Source: Eledone cirrhosa (taxonomy: Eukaryota). From it: 64,000 nucleotides of DNA. A program made the position numbers and the translations under genes. The notes beneath the pieces were generated by a model. That model was given only the letters and a program-made list of their open reading frames with translations, did not search any database and was not told where the DNA came from. The stretch spans positions 7,998,001 to 8,062,000 of the forward strand of contig OZ024750.1 in the NCBI GenBank assembly GCA_964016885.1, read 5' to 3'. Position 1 is the stretch's first letter, and every line of letters starts with the position of its first letter. Positions 26,493 to 40,600 of this stretch are shown piece by piece.

Positions 26493-28367
26493 TATTATTA
26501 TTTCTGTTATTCTATTTTCATTGCATGTGTTCAGTGCACAACCGGGTGACTGTGCAACTTTGTTACCTTCAGTTGTTTTTTTACTTTATTTCTCCTCCGT
26601 ATTTGTGTATATTGTATTGAAAGTACTCTGCAATGGCTCCAGTGATATTTTCTGTAGGGTTTGTATAAATGTATACCTTGTAGAGCTAGCAAATATGTTT
26701 ACATCTTGTTAATCAATACAAACGTGTCTATTGTTACTAGGATTTGTTTCCAGTGCTCCATTTTGTTTGTGTCTATTTCCAGCTTTTTATATTTGGATAC
26801 ATTCTCCATTTATGTTTGTTATATATTGTAGTCTACTGGAAGTGATTCTTCAATTAATTGATGTTTTATTTTCTGATGGTTGTATTAAAAATAATCTGGA
26901 CTATTTGATTTCGTCTTCCTGGCTGGCTGGATTGCTCTGCCGGACACTGTGGTTATTTTGTAGTGGCCATTTGTTGGCCATTTATTCATGTTGGTATCAA
27001 CCCTACTATGAAAGCCCTTACATTATGTCAGGCATATGTTTGTTAATAACTATATATATATAAAGTAGTATCACAACAGTTACTTCACCATGCCGTGAAC
27101 AATTGTTTCACCTTATTCGGAACCTCAGCTCGGATCTACTTGGAACTACTTCTACCAAACTCGTCCTATGGACTGAGTGCTCTACTACTACGGATATGAC
27201 GCACCAGTATTCTACTATTATATATGCATATATAGAAAACATGTTGTATTCCACTAACTTGTAAAGGTTTCAAAACTATTAATAATTAGTCTCTTGACAA
27301 GTATCATAGCCACCCAGTTGTATGTGATTGGGCTTCAACATAAACGATATCGATATAACAATGTACTCATTGAATTTAATTTTGTTTTGTGTCCTTTGTT
27401 GCAGATTTGAAACTCATCACAGTTTTCGATTAGGAATTTTCAAAAAAATATGTCTACAAGTGTTAGTATGAGAAGGTTGAACATTTTATGCATCGCGGAT
27501 CCTATTACGTGTGCCCACAGCTGAAACGATCTGAGTGCTCTCAATGGCCACGAGGATATATCTGTCCTCTATAATAAACCAATAACAACAACAAAAGCAA
27601 AACTAATGTGTGTAATTCTACAGAGATTCATGGAGGATTATATCATTAGTAGATTGTTTTCAGTTTATGTTCAATCTGTTAACTGATTGGAAGGACTGTA
27701 GTTATTCAACGGTAAAACATATAGGAAAGAAATATATACAATGAATTTTAAAAGACTTAATATATCGTGATTCTATTTTGTTTTGCTGGAAAACATTTTT
27801 CACTCTTTTCTGTTATTCAAATGTGTATAAGTGAAATTACATTGATAATGATAATTATGTAACAGCTATGTAACAGTAGTAACAATGCTAATCATAGTTA
27901 TCTAACATTGTTGAATATGGACACATTAATGGGAATGTTTCCTGCATGTTTGTGTAACTACACGTACAATGTGGAATATTTTAATGACCATCCATGTAAA
28001 CATGTCATGTCTGCTATTTTCCTGAATTGTTAAAATCTCTTTTCCTCTGTGAGAAATAGTTTTTGATAATCATTCTTCCATCACTAATTTCATTTAGAAT
28101 ATTCTGATAACAGACAACTCAAGCAATATGGCGTTAACATCTTCATATTTTCCAATTCGTTACTGCGCTCTATTCAGAAAACGAGATAACTTTCCGACAT
28201 GTTGCAGGTACTTTAACTCAGAACATTACTTTTCTCTAAATTTCCTTATGAAGTATCATTGTTGTAAATCTCGAGATTTCTCGTAAATTCAATAGTTTTC
28301 ATAGGTGAACAATAGAAGTAGAGACTAACAGCCCCTCCTTCAGATTGGAGATTATGTATCCACTTAC

Positions 28368-28451
28368 AGTATTTTCTGAAAACACTTCGCTGTTCATAGT
28401 TTGAATTGCTCTCCTCTTTGCTCCTTTTATTGGTGTGGGGAAGTAAATTCA
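28368..28451 (-). CDS. Candidate 84-nt phase1-phase1 exon (xNLLPHTNKRSKEESNSNYEQRSVFRKY)
   Basis: Acceptor cattttgtag (AG 28453-28452), perfect donor GTAAGT 28367-28362; length divisible by 3; only one frame open. Confidence 0.45.
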
Positions 28452-29337
28452 CTACAAAATGTTTCTGTTACGATAGACACTTAACCATTGATATAGAAAA
28501 TCTAGGAATACCACATCGATGAACTCAGAATTCTAAATAACTACGATGTTTTATATTGGTTAGATGGATCATATGTTCGTTTTGCAACAAAAAGATTAGT
28601 GCACATGTACTCACTCACTACATAATAAAATCAGATATATCTTGGTGGTTTAGCCCTTCCATGATGATCCCTCTTAACCAGGATTGCATTAAGAAATAAC
28701 TTTCTTTTCAAGAAAAGATTATACATTAGTATCAAACTGCTACAGCCATATACTATGGATGGCACAGTAATGCCTCTTATATACAGTGACAATGAAATCA
28801 ATTAAAATAATTTGCTCTCCTCACCTTTCAATTTTACTTGTACTAAACATTCAAAGATCTAATAAAGCAATGGGTGGGATTATACGCGTTCGTTCGACTT
28901 GCTAGAAAAAAGCAGCGAAATATAATTTAACCTGAAGGCTTCATTTAATGTCATATTAGAAATATCAGTTTAAATTTCATACCCTTTATAACATCAGTTA
29001 AGGATTTTAAAGGAAAAATATTACATAATATTCAAAACCCGATCAAGGAGTTGGTGTTGTTAGTTATAAAGGATTGACATAAATCAGCAGTGAATTCATT
29101 CCTTCCACATGATTGGTGCAATAGTATATAATTCTCATGGATTAATGCATTGATGTGATTTCACAGACAGTGAATCTATTCACATTTTAGTAAAATTAGT
29201 AGAGCAGAGAATATCTAATTTTGTTTTAGAATTATTTCATTCGATGATTTCAGAGAATGTGTTAAAGCTTCTGTTCATGTTAATTATAGAAATCCATTGT
29301 AATTTATATAGATAAGAAAATACAAAATCATAACAAA

Positions 29338-29677
29338 TGGAAAAGAGCCCTTCGGTCTCTAATGACCATGGTTGTGCACCTTCAATGTTTCCCTCCGAGG
29401 CATAGGCCTGGGAAAAGTTTGTTTGTGGAAGACCAGCAGTCGCCCATGCATACAAATCTCCACACTCCACGTTGCTGATGTTGTTCAAGAGAAAGACAAT
29501 GGCCGATACAGCTTAGCACCAGTGACATCGCAACTTATTTTTATAGCTGAGTAAACTGGAACAACGTGAAATATATTGTGTTGCCCAAGGACACAACGTA
29601 TCACCCGTCCAAGAATCGTACTCACAACCTCAGAATTGCAAGCCCAACGTTCTAACTACTGAGTCATGCGCCTTCAC
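29338..29677 (-). mobile_element. CORE-type SINE family B, near full length
   Basis: Minus strand starts tgaaggcgcatgactcagtagttag, includes ccttgggcaacac...tttcacgttgttccagtttactcagct and tail gcatgggcgactgctggtcttcc. Confidence 0.9.
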
Positions 29678-30519
29678 TATAACAAATTAAGATCATAAAG
29701 CATCATCATCCTTCAACATTAGTGTGGTGTCTCGTAAGATTTCCTTTTCTTCAAATAAACCAGTCATTCGAAAATGATTAATGATATTCATTACAGCAAC
29801 TCTTATCTAACAAGTTTTTATTCAATGTCTGAAATATATATGTCTAAAGTTGAGTGCCTTGTGGGAGACTAAACGATACGTGACACCTGATTTAAAGCGA
29901 TATGTGGAATACTCCATCAGCTATGCAAAAGAAGAAAAGTGGAGTGTATCAATTATCAATTAATTAAAATAGTGTCTCTATAATAGAGAACTTGTGAAAG
30001 GCGTAATACTTAGGTATAGGGATTTGGATACATTTTTCTCGCATGTAGGGTTGGGGTTAAGGCATATTTTTCCGCCGAATATACCTCATATAACAGATAT
30101 GGGATATGTATAATTTCTCATATATATCATACGAAGCTTGGGTATATATTTGGGAGAAAAATATAGGTATTACATATCTATAGCTAATGAAAATATTCTG
30201 TTATATAAATGTGTCCTGGTTAAATATATCTGTGTTGTAGCTTATTAACACGATTTATTTTCTTCCTATTTAGAGGAAGATATCCGTTTTTAGCGTCCCT
30301 TTGCCCCTCCTCTAAAACTTGCGTTTTATGACTATTGGTTGGGAATTGTGTTACTTAATCATTATTCATTTGGTAATGAGACCTACCTTTTCTAACATCA
30401 GCCTATATGATGTTGTTCCAGCTCACACCTATGTAGGTTTAGATGGCCTCCTCCAAGGTTGTATCTCATTGGCGGTTTCTTGGGTGTTTTGGTGATAGGC
30501 ACCCCAGACCAATCATCTC

Positions 30520-30645
30520 ATTTCTGGAGCAACGTGAACCAAAGTGTCTTGCTTATGGAAACAACACATCACCCGGTCCGAGAATTGAACACACATACTT
30601 TCGATTGCAAGCCAAATTCTCTAACCACTAAGCCATGCGTCTTCA
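30520..30645 (-). mobile_element. CORE-type SINE family B, 5' part
   Basis: ctggagcaacgtgaa...aagtgtcttgct...ctaaccactaagccatgcgtcttca. Confidence 0.8.
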
Positions 30646-31399
30646 GCCTATATAATGGGGCTAAAACAAAACAAAACACCTATATAAGTCATGAATTTAG
30701 AACATGGATTACTTGGTTAAGATATTTAATAGGAGAAGTTAGTATTAATTATAAATCGCTGTTTATTCTTGGAACTAGATATTTCAATTTAAAGTGCCTG
30801 TTACGTCAATACATAACCGACTCACCTCACTATATGACAAAAGAAAATGAGTGTTTGTGCAGTGAGAAAAGTCTAAGTTATGCAAGTGGCTTAACATAGA
30901 AAAGAAATGAACTGTTCTGTTACGAAGATTGATAAATATTGATTTTGTTTTTTGCCACACGTTTGGCGTCGATTTTCTTCTATCAATGACTAACATGAAA
31001 TTTTATGAGTCTCAGTGTTAAAACACATAAACAAACGTGAGAGTTTGTAACATGGCAATAACGACTTGAAAGCTACTTAATTTGATACGCTAACAAACTG
31101 TTGCCAATTATATCGTTGGCGAGTTTGATGCCGAATACTAATACTACAACATCGAGAAAGTTAGCATGAATGAGATGAGATTATAAAATTGAAGTTGACA
31201 TAAATATATTCGTACATTTACGAAAGCGTAAGATTAGTATCAATGGCTATATTCTTATACCAAGAAGATGAAGATATTGATAGATCTGATCAAGGAGTTT
31301 ATAAGATGTGGCTGGAATCGTATTTACCCTAGTATTGCTTCGAGGTGGTTAGAGTAATTTACAACCACAAGTAAAAAAGAAAGTTACCCTGAAATATCT

Positions 31400-31456
31400 A
31401 TAAAGGGCGGTGCCCCATCATGGCCTCAGCCGGATGGCTGGAGCAGGTAAATGAGT
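31400..31456 (+). mobile_element. 3' tail of another octopus SINE family, decayed
   Basis: aagggcggtgccccatcatggcctcag...tggctggagcaggtaaa resembles an octopus SINE 3' end recalled from memory. Confidence 0.45.
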
Positions 31457-31534
31457 ATACACTATTTTTACTTGCATGACCATTCTCCGAGGGTTGCTGG
31501 TGTTTTACTTACCCTCCTTACCAGTTTTACCACC

Positions 31535-31680
31535 AACCACTCGACCATGAAGCAGGTTGTACTGGGTTATATCGTACCGGTAGAGGCCTGAGATGACCAT
31601 ACCAGGATCTGGTGAGGGAGCTGGTTTAATCACAAACCAGTCGACCATGAAGTAGATTGTACTAGATTAAATGGTACCTA
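31535..31680. repeat. Diverged direct duplication, 100-bp period
   Basis: aaccactcgaccatgaagcaggttgtact at 31535 versus aaccagtcgaccatgaagtagattgtact at 31635. Confidence 0.75.
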
Positions 31681-32489
31681 TAGAAGGCAGAACCCTGGCC
31701 TGACTATATTAAATACAAATATCATAGGGCCACACATGTTGCTTATGATGAGTTAAACAACTTTGATTAATTGATATTATCTATACTAAATAACAAACAA
31801 TTCAGACAGCTCTAAAAATAAATTATCAGAGGAGAGTTAGTGAAAACCATGTACATGTTTTTCACTTGTTCTTCTCGAAGAATTTTGTTCTATCGCACTT
31901 CTCTCTCTCGCTTCCCCCTATCTCTTTCTTTCCTTCAATCTCTCCCTCTTTCTCTTTACTCCAATCTCTCCCTCTTTCTCTTTACACCTCTCTCTCTCTC
32001 TCTCTTTTTACCCCATTTCGCCCTCTCTCACACTTAAGGATCTATTACACGGAATTAAGTTACCTTCACTGAACTCACTAATTCTATAAATACTGCATTG
32101 TTTTGTTTCATTTGTTACAATAATTTTAGTTGTGTCACGTGGGTGATTGTGTGGATGAATATAACCAAATCACCCTCAAATTATATGTTACTCTTTTTAG
32201 AAACCACATTGGCTAATGTAGTTTGGGTTACACTCTTCCTAATAGAGTGATGGGATGATAATGGATTGAATTTATTAGACCATATGTCACCTCAATTGGG
32301 GCCATTGAGAGACGAGACTATACAAAACCAACAAGAACAGAAACTAGCACGTTTCCCATAACTTCACAATTCAATGGTCCCACAAATTGTTCAAGCATTG
32401 ACTAAATCAACTTCCCCTTCCTTCTAGTGAAACATTACACACACACACACATATATTCATTCATATACATACACTCACATCTTATCTCT

Positions 32490-32526
<37 letters not shown>

Positions 32527-32972
32527 CATGAAGCCAACGAGGCCAGTAAAATAACAGACGGCCTATTAAGATATTAAGATACCACAAGAGACATTATCTA
32601 GACCATTAGACTTCAAAGATTGAAATAATTTGCTTAATGAAATAGCTATCGATTGGTCTCATTTCTAAGTTCGATGTTCACTTTATGATTCGAATCGAGA
32701 TAGACCGACCATGTCTTTGAATTTCCATGCTTCCAGAATTGATAACAGTAATTCTCATAATAGACTGAATAATAACGTAGCTTATTTTTTTTTTTTTTTT
32801 GAAATATTATATTCATTTCTGACTAGTTAGAGGATGTAATTTCAACACAATTACGAGATTTCGAGATTACACAATTGGTAAATTATTTTCATTTTCAATA
32901 TTGTTTTATGCAGATTTAAAAAAGCACAAAATGACAATAATTAAGACGTAATTTAAGAGATGAATCCGCTAA

Positions 32973-33007
<35 letters not shown>

Positions 33008-36000
33008 AGCGTTTGATAGAGATAGATTGAGGGGAAATTACGAATTATATTTCATATTTTCAGACACAAGAATAAATGATGTGACTATAATAAGATTGTG
33101 TAACCTTCATGCATGTCTGAAGAATATTAGCAATGTAGAAGATATAATAATTGGTTTTAAGCTGGAATCGAAACCAACTGAGGGAATCTATTTACTAATA
33201 GTTTGACTTCTTCGAATTCATCAGACACAAGATGAAACAATGATACATACAAAGGCTTGGTTTCAAGCGATGGGTATCTTTGATTGATTACAGACAATAT
33301 TTATTGAAGCCTAAAGTAAAACATTTGTTTTTAGTGGATTTTGAAACCTGACTACGAAAAGAAGTCAACTAAATTATTTGCTGCATTCAGCTAGTGTTTA
33401 ATTGTCTCAATAATATTTCTCTTTCATTATAGTCCTTACTCTTTCCCTCCTTTTCTTCTCATAGTATTTATAGTCATTTGCTTTACTTCCCTGTACAGCC
33501 AAATCTGCCCTTCTTTACCCCTTCCCCCTTGTTTTTCTTTACTTAATTTTGGTTTTATTTTTTGTTTTCAATATTTCCATCATCGGCTAACTTTTATTTG
33601 TGAAATATAGTCGACACAAAAAAATTTAAAAAAGTTACCCAACTCGATTTGATGTCGATACCGATAAATACCATAATAGTTGAAAGGACTACATAACTGT
33701 TTGAAGTTATTAATATTTCTCTTGGTGAATATGTGAAAGATATGAAACATCATATAGAAAAACACTTTCATATTGAAAGAAACCTGTTGTATATTGATAA
33801 CATAAATGTCTTAGAATACCGTAGAATTGATTTCGCCAACAACAATACTTAACTGAATCGTGAATTAGCAACCATGAAAGAAATGCTGGTAAATTTGACG
33901 ACAGAAAACAAATAAAATGATAGACTCAAACAATGAGATGATTCCACCAAAACATCTTTTTGTGTTATTATAGTGGTTTCTGGCTTTGATTTAAAACAAT
34001 TTTGCTTCAGATGTGTAACCTTTAAAACTGGTGGTGGTGGAGTGGGTGTTTGGTAATTCTACGTATTTATTTTATCGAATTTAAAAGAGGGAACTTTAAA
34101 ATAGAGGTGGACGCCATTTTGAATAAAATACGTAAAGGAATATACCACGAAATGTTTAGAACAGTACTTTAACGTTACATTCAATCCAACACTCTCTTCT
34201 ATTAATAAGTATGATGCATAAAGATCTCCCACATTTTGAAGGGATGTAAAAATATTTATTGGAGAGCTTTATACTCCACCCTGTATAATCTAAATTATAT
34301 TTATAGGCAAAAAGCTTCTGATTTATAGGAGTAGAAACTTGGGAATGTTGAAAGATTTCTGTCTATCTAAAGATACATTAATTAAGTGAAGTGAATTTGC
34401 TGCAACTAGGAATTGAAACTGAATCATAGATTTTATTCGTTGTGTTAAATAATTCATCGCAGTTACCGCCTTTATGTCGTAAATTTAAAGCATGCCGTTT
34501 TATCAGATCCAATATTCCTCTAAACTTTACACATGAGATACTTATGTGAGCTAACACAAACGCGAGCCAAATTTACAATCTTCCCCACCGTATAGTTGTA
34601 AGGTTACAAGGGGAGGTGTTTTAAATGTAGGAGTTCAACTGCTGGTGACTAAACGCAAACCAGCAACTGCATGACTGACTGTTTTGAAAATTATCAACTT
34701 GATCATCAGCGATTTACAGATATCCGTTTTACTTAAAAGCATAAACAGATTTAATATTTGTTGATGTTCATCCTTTCTTAAACACTCCTTTTGAAATTAT
34801 ATATTTGTGAATATTCTTTACGCTACAGATGATAGCAATGATTAAAATATATTTAGAAATATTTTAAGAGGAAATATATCTTCATCAGTAGCATTGCTCT
34901 CATCTCACTTGGTTTATAGAATATCTTTGAACAAAGATCCTCTTCCCACTTTTATTATAGAAATATTTCGGAGAAACTGTGAGAATTTTTTTTAATTTTT
35001 TTTTTTAGTCAATTGAAGCATCAGGTAAACAGTAAACATTGTACACTGTTGAATTCGTATGAAATATTGTATTTCATTCTAGTTAGGATGGTAAGTTTTA
35101 AATATTTGTATTTTGTTGCGTGATGATATTTTTTATTTTAAAGATATATCAAGGGAAAATAATGATTTCATACATTTTCACTGCAGCATCGAAGTAATCA
35201 CGTCTTGCCAATATTATAAGCTCTCATCTTCTTTTCAATAATGTGACAGCTTTCAATAGTCGGCCGCTGAGACTTCACTCTGAACATTACGCTACAATCG
35301 ATTTAACTATACCCTTCTTTTTCAGCAGTAGCACACGCTGTTTTAAGACAATATCATCCTCTCTTTTATGTTTAATGGTGGGAGGAGGCCTGAAAGATTC
35401 TTTTGTTGAAATATCAGAACAAAGAACTGTACATCACTAATGGAAACTTTGTATTGACTAGTATAGAATAATGGAAAATACCGGTTCTAAATATTGTTGC
35501 CGACATACGAGTAAACCTAGTAGGTTAGCGCTCTTTGATGTTTTATTCGTTCGTTTAAAAATCTTTTATTTTTCTCTTCGAGTTGTTTTGGATTTTTCGA
35601 GATATTTCAAACTCTGAACTTAGACTACCATAGAAATAATTTAATACGTTTCTCTTCGATAGATAAACAACAGTCAATATTCATATTTTGTTGATAATGA
35701 ATTTGTTTCTTGCGAACATATATATATTGTAATATATGTTTGTTGCTCATATATTCCTATCAAACCAGACGTTTGTAAATATAAGAGAGTCCTACATATA
35801 TTAGCAAGTGGAACTCTATTGTAGAGCTCCAACATATTAGAATTATCCTTCTCACTGTTTGGGTGTCGTTGTTTAGCAACAGCTTAACACTGATCGAGCA
35901 GCCCAGTAATCAAATCCGCTCCAGCACGAACACTCAATAAATTCATTTAGAGCTTAAATTGATATGCAAATTATTGCGACAGAAATGATGCCTATTTCTG

Positions 36001-36117
36001 GCATTAGTGCCAGGCCGCTTGGGTACTTTTCGTTGTTGTCAGTACACACATACGTAGATATAATATATATACGTGCCATTGGTACATAGAAATAAATACG
36101 TAGACATATATATATAC

Positions 36118-36296
36118 TTAATATAGAAATGGCTTCTACGGATTAGAACTGTTTCATTCGAAGGGAATCATCAAAAAGCTTTCCTGATGATTTCCTTCGA
36201 ATGAAACAGTTCTAGTCCTGTAGAAGCTATTTCTATATTAAATATTTATACTCTGCTATGTATTGAGTACCTTAATTACTGAGATTACCCCCGATA
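36118..36296 (+). mobile_element. Fold-back PLE-type remnant with head-to-head HHR-like cores
   Basis: Arms ~36118-36173 / 36184-36240; right arm CTGATGAtttccttcgaatGAAAC extends ~55 bp further into (TA)n. Confidence 0.75.
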
Positions 36297-36316
36297 TGTG
36301 TATATATATATATATA

Positions 36317-36381
<65 letters not shown>

Positions 36382-36424
36382 ATATATATATATATGTATA
36401 ATATATATATATGTATGTATAATA

Positions 36425-36455
<31 letters not shown>

Positions 36456-38031
36456 GTGTGCACACTAAAAATCTCTTATTTCAACATACTGTTCAGCAGG
36501 TTTGTCAATGTTAACACGAAGCATTTTGAAGCAACAAAAACTAATATCAAATAAATAGGTCCTTCAACATAGCATAAAATGACATGTTTCAATAAGTGAA
36601 GCAAACATGAAGCCGTCACAAAATCTGCTTTTCAATAGAAGTAAATGGATTAAAATTATTAATGAAATTTTACTTCCTTTAAACGAAATTTTAAAAATTT
36701 CTCCTTCATGACATTTGGAATGACACACAAGAAATTTTCCGTTTCTCTATCAGTCGAATGATTCTTGACGAAAATTTTAGTTCGCTTTATATTGTAAAAC
36801 AAAACAAACCAGGATAGTCACATGAAGTAAGGCTTCGTTTTCATCTGTTGCATCTTTTCTCTTAGTTTCGTTAGAATATTTATAAACGTTTTTTACTCTT
36901 CGCTCTATATCTTTCCATCAAATTTACCGCCTTCATCTAAATGTATTGGAGCCAATTTTAGGCTGAGATCAATATATTTCAGTTCCTTTTATTATCGATT
37001 TAAAAACTGATGTAATATTTTAAAGAAATATTTCACTGACTATATTTAGTATAAAATCTAATGACTTCCTAATGCATTTCTGTAATCTATTCATAATTTT
37101 TGCAGAAGGGCACGACTGCTATGTCGTTACAACATATATTAAATATAGTATCAATATATAAATACCGTCTCTTTTTACATGCAAAACGTACAAAAGAAAT
37201 ATTCTGCAGATGAGCTTGATATGAAATAAATGCGTTAGTTTTCAGGATAGCTTTTGTTCTGTTATTCGGTATGCTACATAGCGAACGATTAGGCATATTC
37301 ATATGATGTTTATTACTGAATCCAAACCAGCGTAATATAATGAAAGGAATAATAATATTAAATGTATTTTAATAGACTAAGTTTTTGGCATATCATTATA
37401 TGGCTTCAGTAAATTATTAAATCTCATTTTGTGTATCGTTGCCTTCTTCAGGTCTATAAAAGATTTGAACAAAGCATTTCAAATATATAGAAACATTTAT
37501 TACAAGCCATATCCATTGTATATATCAATGAGATACATAATGTGATTTACCGTTCTACACAAAATTATGTTTAATAGAGTAAGTATGTGGTCGATAGATT
37601 TATCAGAAGATTGTTACATCAGTTTCACCGTCCTCTTCCATAGCAAATAAATTGAAAATTATAACCAAAATAATGGTCTTAAAATTCTTAATAAATGCCA
37701 TAATGAAAGGAAAAGGATGGAAAGGGTGAAGGACTCTCTACATTTAGTTCAGAGCTGTGTTTGGGCTGCGCCCCACGGACAGAGTAGTAAAAGTATTTAC
37801 GCAGACAATGGCCAGCAACAACAACCATACCCCAATGGATATATTGGTTAATGTATTCTTATAAACGGAATGCTCACTGTTGGTACTTTTACGAACGCAG
37901 GCCAAATAATCTCAAGGATAACTTATCTAAGATCACTAAAATTAACTTCATTAAAATATTCGTGCAATTCCCCCCTCCCACCCAAATAACGCAGTTGTCT
38001 TGATAGGCCATGGAACATGGTAAAAACAAAG

Positions 38032-38074
<43 letters not shown>

Positions 38075-38076
<2 letters not shown>

Positions 38077-38209
38077 TGTAATAAACAACACAAAACAATT
38101 ATTCCATTTACCAAAAGTTTCACAAAGACAGGCGAGCTCAACAGAGACGTCTGAAATCGCTCATCAGAGTGATGGGCACTCTCTCTTCCTTTGCCCTTTC
38201 TACAGAAAT

Positions 38210-38212
<3 letters not shown>
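38075..38212 (-). mobile_element. PLE-type remnant with partial HHR core between (TA)n tracts
   Basis: Minus strand ctCTGATGAgcga followed by a T-rich tail; the GAAA box is apparently lost. Confidence 0.4.
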
Positions 38213-38241
<29 letters not shown>

Positions 38242-38555
38242 ATGTGTGTGTGAGTGTTTGTCAGACATATATACCTTTTTGTGACGAGTAGAATAGAAAA
38301 TAGTTTCAAGTGATAGAAAAGGTATTTGCACTATTGGGTTTTCGAAACGTGCTCCTACAAATGTAGAGTCGTTATATATGAATACATATTCATGTATATT
38401 AGTGGCACTTCGGTTATTTATGTATCCTATAACACTTTATACGAAGAAAGGCTCGTATCAATTTCAACATCAATATCATTTAGATATTTTTAAACGTATT
38501 ATGAATACAAATTAGCCAGTAAGCCTCTACACGTTAGAGATGATCAGCGAATCTT

Positions 38556-38820
38556 CCAGCCGTTTCGAGCTCTGCCGTAGAGCTCGAAACGGCTTGAGCT
38601 CTGCCGTTGGGGTCGTGAGCCTTTGCCTATTACCCACTCTACTACCCAAAGTATCGAGTACTCTGGTGCGTTATTGTCCACCTGGTTCCTTACCACACTT
38701 CCTTCGTTATATATATAACAAAGAAGGTGTGGTAAAATACCACCGCTGGCTCAGTTCGGATCTAGGTGTCGAAACGGCCGAATCTCACCTGTCGGGGGTC
38801 CTGACTCTTTTCCTATATAT
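38556..38820 (+). mobile_element. Family H, compound copy (short fold-back plus second partial unit)
   Basis: agccgtttcgagctct..agagctcGAAACGGC-ttgagctct-GCCGTT-gggg...ccttaccacacttccttcgttata, then an inverted tail and a second gtcGAAACggcc unit. Confidence 0.8.
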
Positions 38821-39914
38821 ACTAATCCGAAAAAAATAAACGAATGCTCGTTGCTGGTACCTAATCGAACGGAGATCTAATAATCTCAAAATCACTTCAC
38901 TACTAACACACAGAAATACGAGGTTGTAAAATATGCGTGGCTCCTCGTTGTTGTTTTTTTTTATTTACTTCTTCAACCAGGTTAATCTCTACCTGAAATA
39001 GTTAGTGAGGAATCGTCATGGAACGTGAGGAAACAGTTTGGTAACACAAAATAGAAGAAAAAAAGAACAAATGTGTTAATAAATATATAAAAGAAATAAT
39101 CGTCTCGAAGATAATCAAATACATTACAACAGTTCTATCTGGAGGCTAAATGTTGTCAGATAATAACAAACAGATGCCAGAATATCCTAACTAAATAGAT
39201 TTTCTAAATGAGTAAAATAGAGAGTGTGGTGAATTATAAGGTGGGTTAGAAAGAGAGAAAGGGAATGATGAAGATATTTGCAGAGAGAAAGGAAGAGAAG
39301 GTGAGAAGAAGAAAATAAATGTGTAGCGTAGAAAAAGGACAGAACACGTGTGTGTTCGTACATATGACAGAGAAATTAGAGGAGGGGAGAAAACAAAATT
39401 CAGAACGATGAATATAGGATATAAGATAGAGAGATAGAGAGAAAAGAGTTAATGGACGTAGAAGATAGAAAAAGAAGTGCGGGTGACAGTGAGAAAGAAA
39501 ACGTGTGGCACGTGCAACACTGAGGTTGGGGTGATATTGAAACAAGTTACAAAAACTTTAGAGAGGAGAGAGTGAAGTATAGAGAGAGAAAAAAAATAAT
39601 AAGTTATGAGAGAGAAAGCAAGATGGAAGCATAAATAGAGAAAGTCAGAATCAGTGAAGCAAAGGAAATACAAATACACATCTGATTTGGAAGTTTCATA
39701 TCAAATTAGCATCCAGAAAACACACCAAGTTTGATCTTATCCTGATGTAATCTTCATAATTTTGAAGCATCTCAAGTCAGAAGATGTAGGTATGTGATTT
39801 AAAAATAGCTTTTAAAAGAGTAGTTTCATACTATATACACATATATACACCAGGTTCGAACACAAAAGAACCAGACAACCACTGTGTCTCCCCTCTCCTC
39901 ATATCTAACTATTG

Positions 39915-40050
39915 TCAGCAAATGGGCTCCGGCAGACAGAATAGAAAAGGGTTTTTTCTCGGAGGATGGTAAGTATGACGTGTTGGAAGTTCCATTCCAC
40001 CTCGGCAGCCTCACATCTGCGGGTAGCCAACTCTGTGCTGATTATGGGCT
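39915..40050 (+). mobile_element. Repeat family R copy
   Basis: gggctccggcagacagaatagaaaag...cggaggatggtaag, similar to 11582. Confidence 0.5.
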
Positions 40051-40384
40051 CTAGGGCCAAGTTACACACTCGTTTAACTTTTCTAGCCAAAAATACGATG
40101 ACGTAATGCTTAAAGTCGTTTTTTACAAGTTCCAAATATATTAAACCTAAATATGCAAACATGTAATTTTCCTGAAGTAGTTGATGTGTATATGACCGAA
40201 GCTGTGGCCGTGTTTTGTATTAGCCTAATTCTAATAAGAAATTGTGTTTGATTACCTAGCTCTTAATACGTTTCCTAATTACCATTTTCCACCTTATTCT
40301 ACTTATTTTTAATCTTATAAATATTGGAGATATTGAAACACACCTTCGTATTTAATATGCGGTCAATTATTGCTTCATAGAATA

Positions 40385-40600
40385 AGGGTTTCTGATTTAA
40401 GCGCAAAGTGAATCTTTTTTTTTTTTGTGGTGAGGTGAAAGTTGATTAAATCGACTCCAGTGCGTGACTCGTACGTTATATTATCGACTCCGTAATGATG
40501 AAAGGGAAAGCTAACCTTGGCGGGATTTGAACTCAGAACCGACACGGCCGTAACTCTATGCCACGTAACAGGCTGCCCGACGCTCTAATCCGGCGCCTTA
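40385..40600 (-). mobile_element. SINE family A, diverged copy
   Basis: ttatcgactccgtaatgatgaaagg...ggcgggatttgaactcagaa. Confidence 0.8.

Noticed and set aside
27404-27580. Strong plus-strand acceptor followed by AATAAA
   Set aside because: All frames stop within ~22 codons; it could be a non-coding terminal exon but is unsupported.
30826-30872. Minus-strand donor GAG|gtgagt
   Set aside because: The acceptor is ambiguous and the phase is incompatible with the 28451 exon.
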